Assembly (NCBI RefSeq): GCF_009914755.1
Contig: NC_060939.1
DNA length: 64,000 nucleotides
Origin: the human T2T-CHM13v2.0 reference genome, Homo sapiens
Reading direction: 5' to 3' (one strand)
A model generated the notes under the pieces. The model saw only the letters and a program-made list of their open reading frames with translations, was not told the DNA's origin and did no database searches. Each line of letters starts with the position of its first letter. The first letter of the stretch is position 1. Below are positions 1-15,676 of the stretch, one piece after another. The translations under genes were made by a program, and so were the position numbers.

Positions 1-112
1 GTTATGTGGGCAGCCAATAGCATAGGAAACTTAAAAGGAACCTACTTAGCCAAACATGTTTTGAGCCTTTGAGTCCCAGTGACTAAACAATGCAGATTAG
101 GATAAAAGATTT

Positions 113-446
<334 letters not shown>

Positions 447-519
447 CTATCTACCTTAGCTGCCATTTCTTTATGCTTATTCGTATTATAGCATAATAAT
501 CACATTCCCTGTGGAAATT

Positions 520-825
520 TTCTGTATGCCTTTGTAAGGTTTTTTTCCTATGCTTCAAATGCTTCCCCCCACCCCCCCATAAACCCATTCATACTTCATG
601 ACCCACTGTAAATATTGTTTCTTCCTTGAATCTTTCCCTGTGAGCCTCAGAATTTTGTATATACTTTTATAATAAAAAGCTCTTATCTCATTATTTCCTT
701 ACTAGATAGACTCTGAAATTCTTGGTTGTTTGATCAGTGTATTAATTTTGGTATTCACGTTGTACCCACAAAGTTCCTGGAACATAGCTGTTAGACATTG
801 AGTGAAAAGTCAGATATGAATGAAT
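520..825 (+). mobile_element. L2 3' end fragment
   Basis: Degenerate ...aaagttcctggaacatag...tgaatgaat L2 terminus. Confidence 0.5.
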
Positions 826-989
826 TTTCTAATTGATTTTATTATTGATAAAAATAAGTCTTGGTACTATCCCCATTTTTTTCCTTTGTGAATTGTTCAC
901 ATTTCTCTTCTACCAAATTCACTGAATTAACCCTTCCCTCATTCTCTAACATACTACTTTTTGCTCTTAACCAGTTATCTTACGGAACT

Positions 990-1110
990 TTAGTTATCAC
1001 AACTGTTATGTGAAATAGGTGACATTTTTACTGTTTTGTGGTTAAGGAATTAGAGGCATAGAGGAATTAAATAACCAGCTTTTCATAGCTGGAGTTGGAA
1101 CTCAGTATTT
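990..1110 (-). mobile_element. MIR fragment
   Basis: Degenerate MIR core aaggaattagaggcatagaggaattaaataac. Confidence 0.5.
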
Positions 1111-1149
1111 TATATCATTAAATATACACAAACGTGTGAATGTTATTGT

Positions 1150-1270
1150 TGTGTGTGCTGGGTATTTTCTGTTTGCCTCTGTGGAACTCTTCTACCTTTT
1201 TCCATCCTGCTGTGCTCCAGAAGACTGACTTATACAGGCTGAGTCAATGGGCTCTGACTTGTGACTTCAT
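1150..1270 (+). mobile_element. ERVL LTR 5' fragment (LTR41-like)
   Basis: ttctgtttgcctct...ttccatcctgctgtgctccagaagactgac resembles the recalled LTR41 start. Confidence 0.4.
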
Positions 1271-2234
1271 TGCTGTGGCCTCTGAATCCAAATAAATGAC
1301 TAAGAGTGGAATAGAGTCAGAAGTCTACTACATACCCCATTTAAGACTTTACAGCTTACATATGTACCATCCTCAAGAAAATATCAAGCCAAAATTGCTG
1401 TTACATTTACTGTTTTCTACTCTAAGCATTTAAAAACACAAAGTTTAATAAAAAATAATTCTCGACCAAAGTAATAGAATACATATATATTATATAAAAT
1501 TTGTTCGTTATTTATGTATGAAGTTACAAACTTAGACTAGTGGTCCAAAAAGCCCAGCATTCTTCTGAAAGAAGCACCAAGAGATTCTGGAAGAATAGCA
1601 CCGTGAAACTGTTATGGAGGCACTAGATAACAAATGCTTGCTTTAAAGGGAGAAGAGCCAGTTTATTTTGCTCGGTAATGAGAAAATAGTTCTTTAGTAA
1701 AGTTCTCAGGTGAGCTTATTACTAATGCCATTTAACTTCAAATGTGAGAAAATATGTTTACTTTTTAACCTGTTCACCACTTCACCTCTTATGAAGGGGA
1801 AAACTTAGGGAGTGGGCCTCAAATTACTTGTCATTTAATTTGGAAATGTTCCTTTGAAATTTGGAAACGTATGTACATAATTTTAGTCACTGATTTGTTA
1901 CAGAATTTTTAAATGTAGTAATTACATTTCATTGGCCCTAAAAATGTTGTCTGTTTTTAATAATCATCTCTAATTGTATTGCATTAATATAATAGCTGGG
2001 TCCTTAGGATATATGATAATGTATGAAGCTTGATTATAATGTTGCATTCCACCCAGCTATAAAGCCAAAGTGGTGAAAATAGGACTTTTAAATATACAGA
2101 AGTATTCTAGTCACCCTTAGGAATGAAAGTATAACATTAAGCAATATTTGAAGATTTAAGGATGGCAGTAAGCTTGCCTAATCTTTGATTCATACCACTG
2201 TCAACACAGTTTTTGATTCATGTAGAGTCAAATT

Positions 2235-2520
2235 AACAAGGTTGGAAGGATCCTAATGGTTATCCTAGCCAACCACATATCAAGTACTACCTCCCTGGTA
2301 AGTGGTCCTGTAGACTATTCTTAAATGTCTACTCTGGCTAAACCTTCACAGCCACTTCCAGAAGACCTCTGATTTAGAGTTCTTTCATACTCTGATTTTG
2401 TCTTCCTGTAGCTTTTTACCTGAACCTACCTGGTTCTAACCCTTCTCATGATAGCGATTCTATAATTTTAAAGACTTATTTAACATATTGGAGACTAGCA
2501 GTGCAATAACCTAATCCAGA
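2235..2520 (-). mobile_element. CR1/L3 fragment
   Basis: ggttggaaggatcctaatggttatcctagccaacc resembles the reverse of the CR1/L3 3' end. Confidence 0.45.
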
Positions 2521-2939
2521 CTAACACTTTTTGGGGGGGGAGGTCAGAACCCAGAATAAAGCTGCTGCTTATTCTGGGTTTACTTCTTATGGATTGTTGA
2601 TTAGAAAGATTATTCTGCACTGCTATTTTGGATTGAGGCCTGTGCATGTCTGTTCAGGCAAAGTTTACATAAGGTAGAACACTACAGCAGCACATGTGCA
2701 CCCTGCTCAATTAAATAAATATCAGGCAGATCTGTTTGTTCATACCCTCATTGCAGATACTGAAGGGTTGGTGGGTTTTGCAGTAACGAATGAATAATTC
2801 ATCTTGATATTACTATATTAATAGTTTTGGGTTCTGTATATTTCCTCCGACTCAGAATTTACAAAAATAAAAGCACTTTCTAGACAGTTAACTAGTTAGC
2901 TCTGAGTAGAATGTTTTCTACTACCTTTTTAAAGATTCT

Positions 2940-3070
2940 AGATCATTTTAAGCAAAGAATATTGAAATTGCATTGCAAACTTATCTTTGTGAATCAGGTT
3001 TTTCTTCATTCTATGTACAAAACAAAATATAGAAATAAGATGTATACTGAGCTTTTCTCCATAACCTCAG
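2940..3070 (+). mobile_element. hAT-Charlie transposase fossil (C-terminal dimerisation motif)
   Basis: 2979 onward reads TYLCESGFSS; after a frameshift 3019 onward reads KTKYRNKM, matching the Charlie/Buster TYLCExGFS...KTKYRN motif. Confidence 0.65.
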
Positions 3071-3479
3071 ATTTTTTTTAAAAAGTTAAAACAGTCTTAG
3101 TATGCTAAGAGTGACTGTTTATAAACTTTTTTAAAGGATTTTAAATTTTTTATTGTTTGACTGTGCATACATATATTTTCTTGGTTCAAATTCAAAAAGC
3201 ACAAAAGATTTAAAAAAAACATATATATCTGCCTTTATACCTCAACTACCTGGTTCCCTCCCTCACAGTATTATTGATGTCTTAGTACTTTTCTCATAAA
3301 TGCAGAACCCTTCCCTAACTTGATTTTTATATTTCTTATAAGATCCTAAATAATCGTGTTATAGTTTATGAATTTCTGAGGTTAGTGGGTCCCTAAATAT
3401 AATGCTTCAGTTTAATTGGGAACCATTTGTAAATTGAGTACTTGATTTATTTTTATCAGCTGAGATTTCTTTAGCTGCC

Positions 3480-4100
3480 ACACTGCTGGGGGAATACAGA
3501 TAATGGACAACTCTTTAAGAAATAATGTATAAATAAATTATAATGCGACGCTTTGTTTCATAGTAGAAGCATAAGGTCGAGAAGGAATATTTAATGCTCT
3601 TCTCTGGGAGGACCGACTTGCTGGTAGGAATGGAAGCTGAATTTTGAAAAATGAATGGTAGCTTACTAGGCAGATGGGGTTAGAGGTGGCATTCCAGACA
3701 AAGGAGGAAGAGGAATGGAAGAAGTTGTGGTATGTTGAATGAACAATAAGGAATTGAATATTGCTGAAATTACTGGGAAGTAGAGTGGTAGGAGCTGGGG
3801 CTAGACAGGCAGTGTGATCAGATTATGAAAGCTTTTAGCGTAGTGCTGTTGAGATGGACTTAATTCACTAGGACTACGTGAAACAACTTTAAACTTTTAA
3901 ATTAATAAGGAATTAGAGTTTAAAAGGCCACTCTGTTGGTACTATAGGAAATAAATGAGAACAGGACGGGATTAGGAAACTGGGAGAGTAGTGAGTAATC
4001 CATTAGAATAACCTGTGAAAGAAATGGGTTAGCAAGGCTGGAATGGAGGAGGGAAGGCATTCAAGATACCGTGAGAAATGATGAATTATTAGGAAAAAAA
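3480..4100 (-). mobile_element. L2 fragment
   Basis: Purine-rich degenerate L2 antisense text (agctgaattttgaaaaatgaatggtag...ggcattccagacaaagg). Confidence 0.55.
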
Positions 4101-4134
4101 AAAAAACTTAGTGATTAAGTCTTTGGTGTCATTT

Positions 4135-4250
4135 AGAACCACATTCAGTTCCAGCTTTGCCTTTTACCAGCTCTGTGACTTCGTATGTAAATTTGATTTT
4201 AATAAATTCTGTTTCATCATCTGTGAGTATTGTAATTGTGTAGTTGAAGC
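4135..4250 (+). mobile_element. MIR fragment
   Basis: ccagctttgccttttaccagctctgtgactt...tctgtttcatcatctgtga. Confidence 0.55.
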
Positions 4251-4392
4251 TTTAAGCAACTTTCATTTAACTAACTTGGTGAATAGTTAATAGTTGCTCT
4301 CCATTCCCTCAGTAAAAGAGACCTAGGGCAGTGTTCATGACAGGCTCTCAGCTTGTCGGCCTAAGTGGCAAAATTAACCAGTCACGATAGCC

Positions 4393-4637
4393 CTTATACT
4401 GTGTGGTATCATTTATACAAAATGTCCTGAATTGGCAAATCTATAGAGATAGAAAGTAGATCAGTGGTTGTCAGAGGCTGAGTGGGGGAAATGGGGCGTG
4501 ACTGCTAATGAGTATAGGGTTTCTTTTTAGGGTGATGAAATGTTCTAAAATTAATGGTTGACACAACTGTCACAATTCTGTGAATATAATCAAAACCACT
4601 GAACTACTTTTGAGAGTTAATTTCATGGTATATCTCA
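4393..4637 (+). mobile_element. L1MB-type 3' UTR fragment
   Basis: ggcaaatctatagagatagaaagtagatcagtggttg...gggtgatgaaatgttctaaaatt. Confidence 0.8.
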
Positions 4638-4784
4638 AGTTGTCACAGAAAAAAAGTCTAATTCAGTATTCCCCATTTGTCCAATACGTCTTTTATAGCT
4701 TTTCTTCTTTCGGTCAAGGATCATGGATTGCATTTGGTTATCATGTCTCTTTATTTGTCCATGTTCTTGATGGGTTAAAATAAT

Positions 4785-4858
4785 AAAGAATATACAAATG
4801 GTTAGATCTCCTATAAACAAAAGAATATACAAATGGTTAGATCTCCTATAAACAAAAG
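4785..4858. repeat. Perfect 35-bp tandem duplication
   Basis: aaagaatatacaaatggttagatctcctataaaca twice, followed by aaag. Confidence 0.95.
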
Positions 4859-5137
4859 TTTCCTGAAACTTCCTTAAACATGTAGCATGGATCTAGTTTA
4901 TTTTAGTTGCATGCAAAATAAAACAATTGATTAAATTAAAATTGTTCTTTCATGGCTGTAAGCTCTTGGTGAAGACAGGTCAGACAGGTATTTGGGTTAA
5001 TGTCAGGCAAAAATTTCTGTATCAAAACACAATATTTATACTGGCTTGAGCTAGAATGTTGAGACATTGTTTTAAGGTTTGTTTTTTTAAAATAGCTTTT
5101 AGAAGCTTATTGAGGTGTAACTATATATGCTATATAA

Positions 5138-5470
<333 letters not shown>

Positions 5471-6056
5471 TAGTTTTGTATATAAATGTCTTACTATTAT
5501 AGTTTGGTAATCGACCTAAATAATACTGTTACATATTGTTTTAAGCCCCCAAAGTTGTCTTACCTAGATGTGGTGCTAGCAAACGTTTTTATAAAGGCAG
5601 GAATGTAGAATGGCAAAATGCTGAAATACAAACATACTCTAAGCACACAGACCTTAGTGTCACAGTAGAAACTTCCTGCTTGCAATAATTGCCATTTTAA
5701 TTTTGGTGCAGAAAGCCTTCTATGGATGTGATAGTTTATGTACCAAAGAGCAATCTCTATTTGAAGAAACTGTGTGGCCTGGTTACAAAAGTGCCTGCTG
5801 TATCTGTAACTGTCAGTGGTATTAAAAATACTGATTTATTTTGCCTGTTGTGATAATCAAGAATAGCTTATTTGGATATATGCATGGGATGGTTGCAAAT
5901 ACCAAGTTCAGGTATTTTACTATGGAATATAGATAGGGGTGTTTTCTTCTGGTTTTCCCCACCCCTTTATATATACCTTGATTTTAATTTTTATCAAGTG
6001 TGTCTCTTTGGCCTTTGCCGCTGTGGCCCATTGATCTGTCCATCTGTCTGTTACAG

Positions 6057-6124
6057 TGCATATTGGGTACTTCCAGAAGTATGAATTCAGTGATGCAAAG
6101 GACAGGCGGGCTGCAGCAGCAAAG
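6057..6124 (+). other. Candidate 68-nt alternative (poison or exon-2-replacing) cassette exon of ARIH1
   Basis: Pyrimidine-rich acceptor tctgtccatctgtctgttacag with no other AG for ~55 nt, donor AAG|gtagga, upstream TGCATG at 5881, in a stretch with no recognisable repeats. Confidence 0.55.
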
Positions 6125-7826
6125 GTAGGACAGAATCATTCCAAAGACAAGTCATTAAAAGACCATTAAACACACATACTTACACACAGACATTGGCAAC
6201 CAGTACCTCATTATTTAAGGGCACATCATTTATCCTATAAATCTTTGTGGGAAAGTTTGTTTTGACATGACAAATGTGATGTACTTGTAAAGGGCACAAT
6301 TTTATTATTATGTTTTAAACCAGAAGCCTACTTGGCACTTAGGCAACAAAGTAAATGGCATTTGCCACTGTCTTTAAGATGCCGAATAATAGAAGAGATA
6401 ATTAAATGGAGGATATTAATGGTATTAATTGATTCATGGAGCTGGCTGATTTTCAGAAACTATGATAAAGGATCCTATTTTGTAAACTGGGAGGAGAAAC
6501 AGAGAAGATAGATTGAGCTATGTGTGTATATTTATGTGTTAATGTTTATTTATATTCCTGACTCTGGAATATTTTGATGAAAATAATCTAAATCTTCCTG
6601 TTATTTCGCTGACATCACTATGAGGAAGATTAAGAAATTCTATTTAAATGTTTGTACCATTTACTTAAGTATTTGTATCAGTTTACTTGCTAAATGATAG
6701 CAGTTATAATAGCAATTTCTGGCTTAAAAAAAAACAGGGTTAGGATGGAAGGGCAATAGCATTTTTATACTGAATCCTAAAACATCAGTTATAGGCAAGT
6801 TTTAAAACTTAATCATACGTTGCAAACACTTGAAGATGAAATGGAAGGCTTATAAGGTTAAGTGTTAGGTTTTATGTGTCATTCTAGTATTGGCTGAAAA
6901 GTGAGTGCTATAGGGATGGTGGAATGATGCAGATATTTGCATCATTTTCTATGCTGTTATGCTTCTAAAAAGAAGAGGCTATGTTTTCCTAAATAGGTTA
7001 GTAGAGTGCTTCTCAAGGCTTCCCAAATGAAAAGTCAGACAAAAATATGTATTTGTTCTTCAGTGAAGATTGTTGGGTTTTCAAACCAGCAATCTTAGCT
7101 GTAAAACCTAAGATCTTACCACAGCCTAAATTGTGACTCAAATGCTGATGTTAGTTAATACTTTTATAAACTCCATATACTATATTGAGGAGATCTAGTT
7201 TCTTGAATGTGGAAGTGAAGCTTCATAATATACCATAGTAGGGATGTTTCGAATCAATAGTGTTAAAATGTTTTGGGTTTTTTAAAGATTTTTTTTCAGC
7301 TGGTCTTGGAAACCTTTTCAGTTATCTGTTTTTGATTCTACCAAAGGTATTAGGTATTTAATGCTCCACTAAATAGATCACAAAAGGGGAGTCTTAAGGA
7401 GGTGAAGATGTGAACTTCTTGACTAGATGTAAATCACTGCTCAGAAAGATTTGACTTTTTTAAATGATGCATTCTTATGTCAATAGACTTTAATCTGCAA
7501 CCAAAATGTTTTTTTTTAAATAAAAATGAGGCACATTTGTGCTTTCTCACTTCTGCTCCAATTCTACCTTATTCTGCAAGTTGCTATTTTTTCCTTTAGC
7601 AGTACACTATAGATTTAAAAATTGTATGGTATTTTCTAATATAACCATATCAATTTATCAGTTTTCCTATTGTTGGACATCTAATTCACTCATATTTGTG
7701 TCTTCTTCCTTTCCCTTACAGAGTTTTTGTAAAGAAGGCTGAATGTTTTCAAAAGTTATGTTTATATTTACATGTGTGTGAACTACCATTTTCTGTATAC
7801 CCTTGCTGATAACTATTAAGAATCTT

Positions 7827-8162
<336 letters not shown>

Positions 8163-8225
8163 CTAGTTGTTTTAATTTACATTTTTCTGAATTGCCTTTT
8201 TATGTCGTTTGCACCTTTTCATAAA

Positions 8226-8513
<288 letters not shown>

Positions 8514-9328
8514 AGTAATGGTATTTAATGTATAATTATTGTAGCTCTTTCTCCAGTTTGTTATTTGTAAGAAAAAAAAAAAGCAATACATGCATGTGGT
8601 AACAAATGTAAATGTTATATCTTACAATGATTACATTTATAGCTTTAATATGTCTCTTCCTTTTGACATTATCTCTTTCCTTTTTCTTCCTCCATCCTTG
8701 AGAACCCCACTTTATGCCAGCTATAGTTATATGTTATCAAAATATTTTTGTCTTGTGATTATAACCAAATGTTATTAGTTCGCTTATAGCTTGATTTTTG
8801 AAGTGACATCATTGAATGTTTGTTTTTATGGTTTATAAATATCAATGACATTCTAAGTAGTGTATTATGATTACTGTTGCTTTTTGTTTTTAACAGGTCT
8901 AATTTCAAATGCTGTGAACCTTCCTAAGAACAGTACTCTGGTAGCAAGATGGTTTGGGTTTATTTATACTCCTTGGAGCCCTTCATTCTGCTCTTGTAAT
9001 CAGGATGGCTTTCCCTGTAAGCCTCTTACATATAGCTCTCAACCATGGACTTTGCATCATTCTCCTGTGTTGGAGCCTCTGATTCTTAGATACATGTCTT
9101 TTTCTTGACTGAATCTCATTGTGCTGGACTGCATCCTTAATTTAACTCTCACAACACTTTTTTCCCCCCTGCAACACTCTTAGGCTGTTACTTATTGTGG
9201 CTCTGATAATGTGCTTAATTTTCCTTCAAACTTGATTGCTAGATTGGCTAGGTTGGAAACTCTAGATTAGAATATTTGTGCAAGACATTGCCTTCTGCAT
9301 TCACTGTTGGTGATAAGACTGATAGTAG

Positions 9329-9627
<299 letters not shown>

Positions 9628-11770
9628 TTTATGACTTTATTTATTTATTTATTTTTTAAGTTTCAGCCTTTTCTCTGAAGAGATATGTAAGTGTGAATCT
9701 TCTAATCCATTGTGCTGGATCTTCAGTGGACCCTTTCAACTGGAAGACTTGTGTCCTTATAAAGCTTTGGGGAATTAACTTCTGTTACTGCTTTGCTAAT
9801 TTCATTCCCTCTCTTCTTCTTTTGGAATTCCTATCAGTTGAATGTGAAAAACAATGGATATAACTTAAAATAATGATAAGTTATGGAAGAAAGATTGAGA
9901 GGTGCATGTAGCGTGCCAGATCCTCATCTTTCACATTAGGAAGGTGACAGATAATATCTAAAATAGAAAAATAATAACTCCTTGAGCATAAGCATATTAT
10001 TTAGCATAAAAGTAAATACTAGAAGACACAGAAGAGTTTAAAATGGTTACCTCAGAGGATTAGAAATCAGTAGTGACTGAAGTATGGCAAAGAACACTGT
10101 TAAATCTTGCAGTACCATTAACTTCTAAAACTATGTATGTATATTAAATAAAATAACTTAAAAGTGATTTAATGTAATCCTTAAGGTCTACATTTAATGA
10201 TACCTTCATTCTTTAAAATATCGTCAGGAAGTTTATGTAGACGTGTTCTTAGACCAAATATACACTATCAGCCTTCATGGGAGGAGGTACACACTATGTA
10301 TTCCTTTGTCATGATTCGTAATTATTGAGCTGTGTATTTTGAGAATAATTGATAGAGAATGTACTGGAGATTTACATGGCCTGTTATTGCTTGGTTTTAA
10401 AACTTAAAGGATACAGGGGTATATTTTTGTCTAATTCAAGATCATTTGGATTTATGACTTTTATTAGCTTTAAAGAAGCCTACAATGGCTTTTTTCAAAA
10501 ATAGAATTTTTCTTAGAAAACAGTTTTTAAGAGACAAATTTATTTAAATGCCCACTCTTTTAAAATAAAGTTAGATGTATGGTTTTCAAATAATCTTATG
10601 TTTGTTATTGAACAAAATCTTATTTACTGTATATACAAATATATAGTATGGATGAGTAAGAAGCAGTGAATTGCTAATCAGAATCCCACCACTTATCAGT
10701 AAGTGTTTTGAGTTGCACGGTTTGAGAAAGTACTGGTTCAAATGCTGTTAAAAATCAAATTTTTGTATGCTGTCTCTAGATGGTTTGTTGATGACCTAGT
10801 GGTTGTGTTAAAGAAGTGGAGTTACATTGAAGTCACGCGAATGTTTTGCTTGTGTGTTTGGTGGAACATTTTTAGTATATGCCACAGCAGATACGTGGAA
10901 TGCTGATACTTAGGGCTTAACAGTTGGAACCCAGAAGTGAGTATGTGAACAAATAACTGAAAGGTTACAAAATAACTTTAATCATCTCACAATTCTAATC
11001 ACCACAAAAATAATAAAGTAGCATGAGGTGGTCTATATTTATGGTTTACATTAGCCCCACTGTGCCAGGGCAGTTTGGAATTTAAGTTACCTGGTTCTTG
11101 GCTCTACCTTTAGTTTGTACCCTTTTTATCAATAGGGCTTTTTTGCCCCTATAAGGAATAGCCAGTTAAGAGACTGCAACCCAAGAAAATCTTGCCTGAA
11201 TGGAGTTTCAGGTAACGATAAAAGTTTAAAAACTAGGGTGTTATATATATTAGAAGTGACTTGTCTCTTGATGCAAAGTCATAGACTGCTATTTTAAGTC
11301 TTGAGTATTTTTTTTTGATATAACATTGAAGGATACCTTACCTATTGTTTCTATTGTTCATGTAAATATACCCTTCCATTATCTCTCCCCACTTTGGTTT
11401 GCCGCTGAATTTTTATGGAAGAAATCAAATGATTATACATAGTGATAACATCCTTCTACTTACAGAAACATTGTATTAAAACACTGATTAAACTCTTGAT
11501 GTTTTCTAGAGGTGAAATCTTTATATTTGGGATGACATAGAAGGAAGTAATTTCCCTCATAAAATAAATGTGCAAAGAACAGCAAAGCCCAGATGTGTCA
11601 TTGGCTAGGCACATTTATTAACAAGTTTGGATGCATCAGGATTACATATTTAAATCAAATGCATATCTCAGCAAAATTTCAAATTGTTATGTATTTATAG
11701 GATTGCCAACAGTTAATTGAAACTTGTCATTGTTAAATTTTGCTTTAAATAATCTCCAAGAGTAATGAGT

Positions 11771-12126
<356 letters not shown>

Positions 12127-12291
12127 TTAAGGGGGAGTTCTCTCAAGAATATTATCCTCAACATTTTTACCTTTTACCTTCCTTCTCCTGTGGTAGCTTA
12201 GAAGTAAATATTCATAACTGGGAAGTTTGATGATCAGTGTTTAGTTGTAAATTCTTTTAAAATGCACATACTTTTAAGCCATCTAGAGATT

Positions 12292-12890
12292 GTGTGGATT
12301 GTCTCCCTTAGCCCCACTAGGTGCTTCTCTGTCCTAAGTAGTCTAGAAGGCCAAAAACTATTTCTCAGACTATTTTGCATTTAGGGTTCTAGATATAAAA
12401 TAGTTGTGACAATTATAATATATATGTGGGAGATTTGAAGGGAGTTTATGTTTTCTTCGTTTTTGTGGTCTGGGTCATGAAGAAGTGAGATTTTGCCAAC
12501 AGTAGCAGAAATGCAGCATAGCATTATTTATTCTCCAGCATCTTGAGTTATCAAGAGGCTTTTGTGGTTAAGGCAGCAGCTAGACTGTTTTATTGTGTAC
12601 ATCCCCTAGCTGGGTATTTAGAGGCAGTTGTGACAGTGGCAACTTCCTGATTCAAGCTTTCCAATCCTTGGATCACAGTTATCTGCCATGTGTTCTTGGA
12701 TTTAGTGGTCCCATTGGTAGCTTCTTATGATTTCAGTTCTGTAGTGTTCTGGTAGTCACTCCTGGAGACATATTCCTATAGCCCCATTCCTCCATTCTTT
12801 CCCGTAACTAAGCATCTAATTCCTTTTTAACTCCCCTTTGCTCAGAATATCTAGTGGTTTCTATTCCCTCCACCAAATACTGATTGATCA
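12292..12890 (+). mobile_element. ERVL solo LTR (LTR33-like)
   Basis: aaaaactatttctcagactattttgcatttagggttc and 3' end tagtggtttctattccc...ctgattgatca resemble recalled LTR33. Confidence 0.6.
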
Positions 12891-12952
12891 AAGTCAAGAG
12901 CATCCTTTGGTGACAAAATGCTACTCTTACATTTAGTAGATGGTACTGTATG

Positions 12953-14072
<1,120 letters not shown>

Positions 14073-14336
14073 TTGAACTTCAGATATATAAAGAAGTTAT
14101 TCTATGATATGTCATTGACTAAGCATTAATTATGTTGACCCTTTTAGTGACTCTAAATAAAGAGCTCTCAACAAACCTATACCTTTAAAGGGAAGAAAAA
14201 CTATACCTGAATTACACATGATAATTTCTTAGAAGGCATTAAGTATTTAATCATATCTGAGGAGAATTTGGAAATGAAACCATTTACAGTTGCAATTTAA
14301 CCAGCTCTCAAGAGCATTACTTCCTGTAGCTTATAT

Positions 14337-14496
14337 CAGTGCTCCTCAAACTTTAACATGCATACAGATCACCTCAGGAACACTTGAGGGTCTGTTCAAA
14401 GTGAAGATTCAGTAGATGGCTGTTGGGACCTGGGATTCTACATTTCTCACAAACTCAGGTGATTGTAATTTTGTGAACCACACTTTAAGTAGCAAA
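14337..14496. mobile_element. MER5B-like hAT MITE
   Basis: cagtgctcctcaaactttaacatgcatacagatcacct...accacactttaagtagcaa. Confidence 0.7.
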
Positions 14497-14983
14497 GCCT
14501 ATAGTATTTACAGTTATAAATAAAGGTAATATTTTACATTTCTATTTATTTGAAATTTCTTTTTGAATATTACCATATCATAGAAATTTACTTTTTTAAC
14601 ACAAAAATGGAATATTGTGCACTACTCAGTAGCTTGTTTTTTTTCGCTCAGTGGTATCTCATGAATAACCTTCCATATTTTTTTAATGGCTGCATAATAT
14701 TTCAAGTATGAATATAGCATAATTTATAGGCAGTCTCCTCTTGAAAAAATGTATAAATGGGAAAATGCTTTCCCAAATAATGTGGATGTGAAAATTCTTA
14801 TACTTCTATACTTGGTATTTCTGTTGAGCAGGTTCCTATAATGGGTATTTCTAGGTCCTAGTTCATGTGCATTTTAAATTTTGATCACTTCTGCCAAACT
14901 ACCCTCAGAAAAGGTTTGACCAAAGTTGCCATCTCATTAACAAATTATGACCTGTTTCTCTTGCCGTTGTCACTGGATAGTGT

Positions 14984-15279
14984 CTTTTTTTTCTCCCTGA
15001 GACGGGGTCTTGCTTTGTTGCCCAGAGGTGGAGTGCAGTGGTGCGATCTTGGTTCACTGCACCCTCTGCCTCCCGAGTTCAAACAGTTCTCCTTCTTCAG
15101 CCTCCCGAGGAGCTGGGATTACAGGCTCGTGCCACCATAGCGGGTAATTTTTTGTGTTTTTAGTAGAGATGGGGTTTCACCATGTTGGCCAGGCTGGTCT
15201 TGAACTCCTGACCTCATGATCCACCCTCCTTGGCCTTCCAAAGTACTGGGATTACAGGTGTGAGCCACTGTGCCCAGCC
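14984..15279 (-). mobile_element. AluS
   Basis: Antisense dimer. Confidence 0.95.
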
Positions 15280-15313
15280 AATAGTATCAGCTTTTAAAAA
15301 CTTAGTCATTGTG

Positions 15314-15676
<363 letters not shown>

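Noticed and set aside
5872-6084. 70-aa ORF overlapping the candidate cassette exon
   Set aside because: Non-ATG start and runs through a polypyrimidine tract; better explained as intron plus acceptor.
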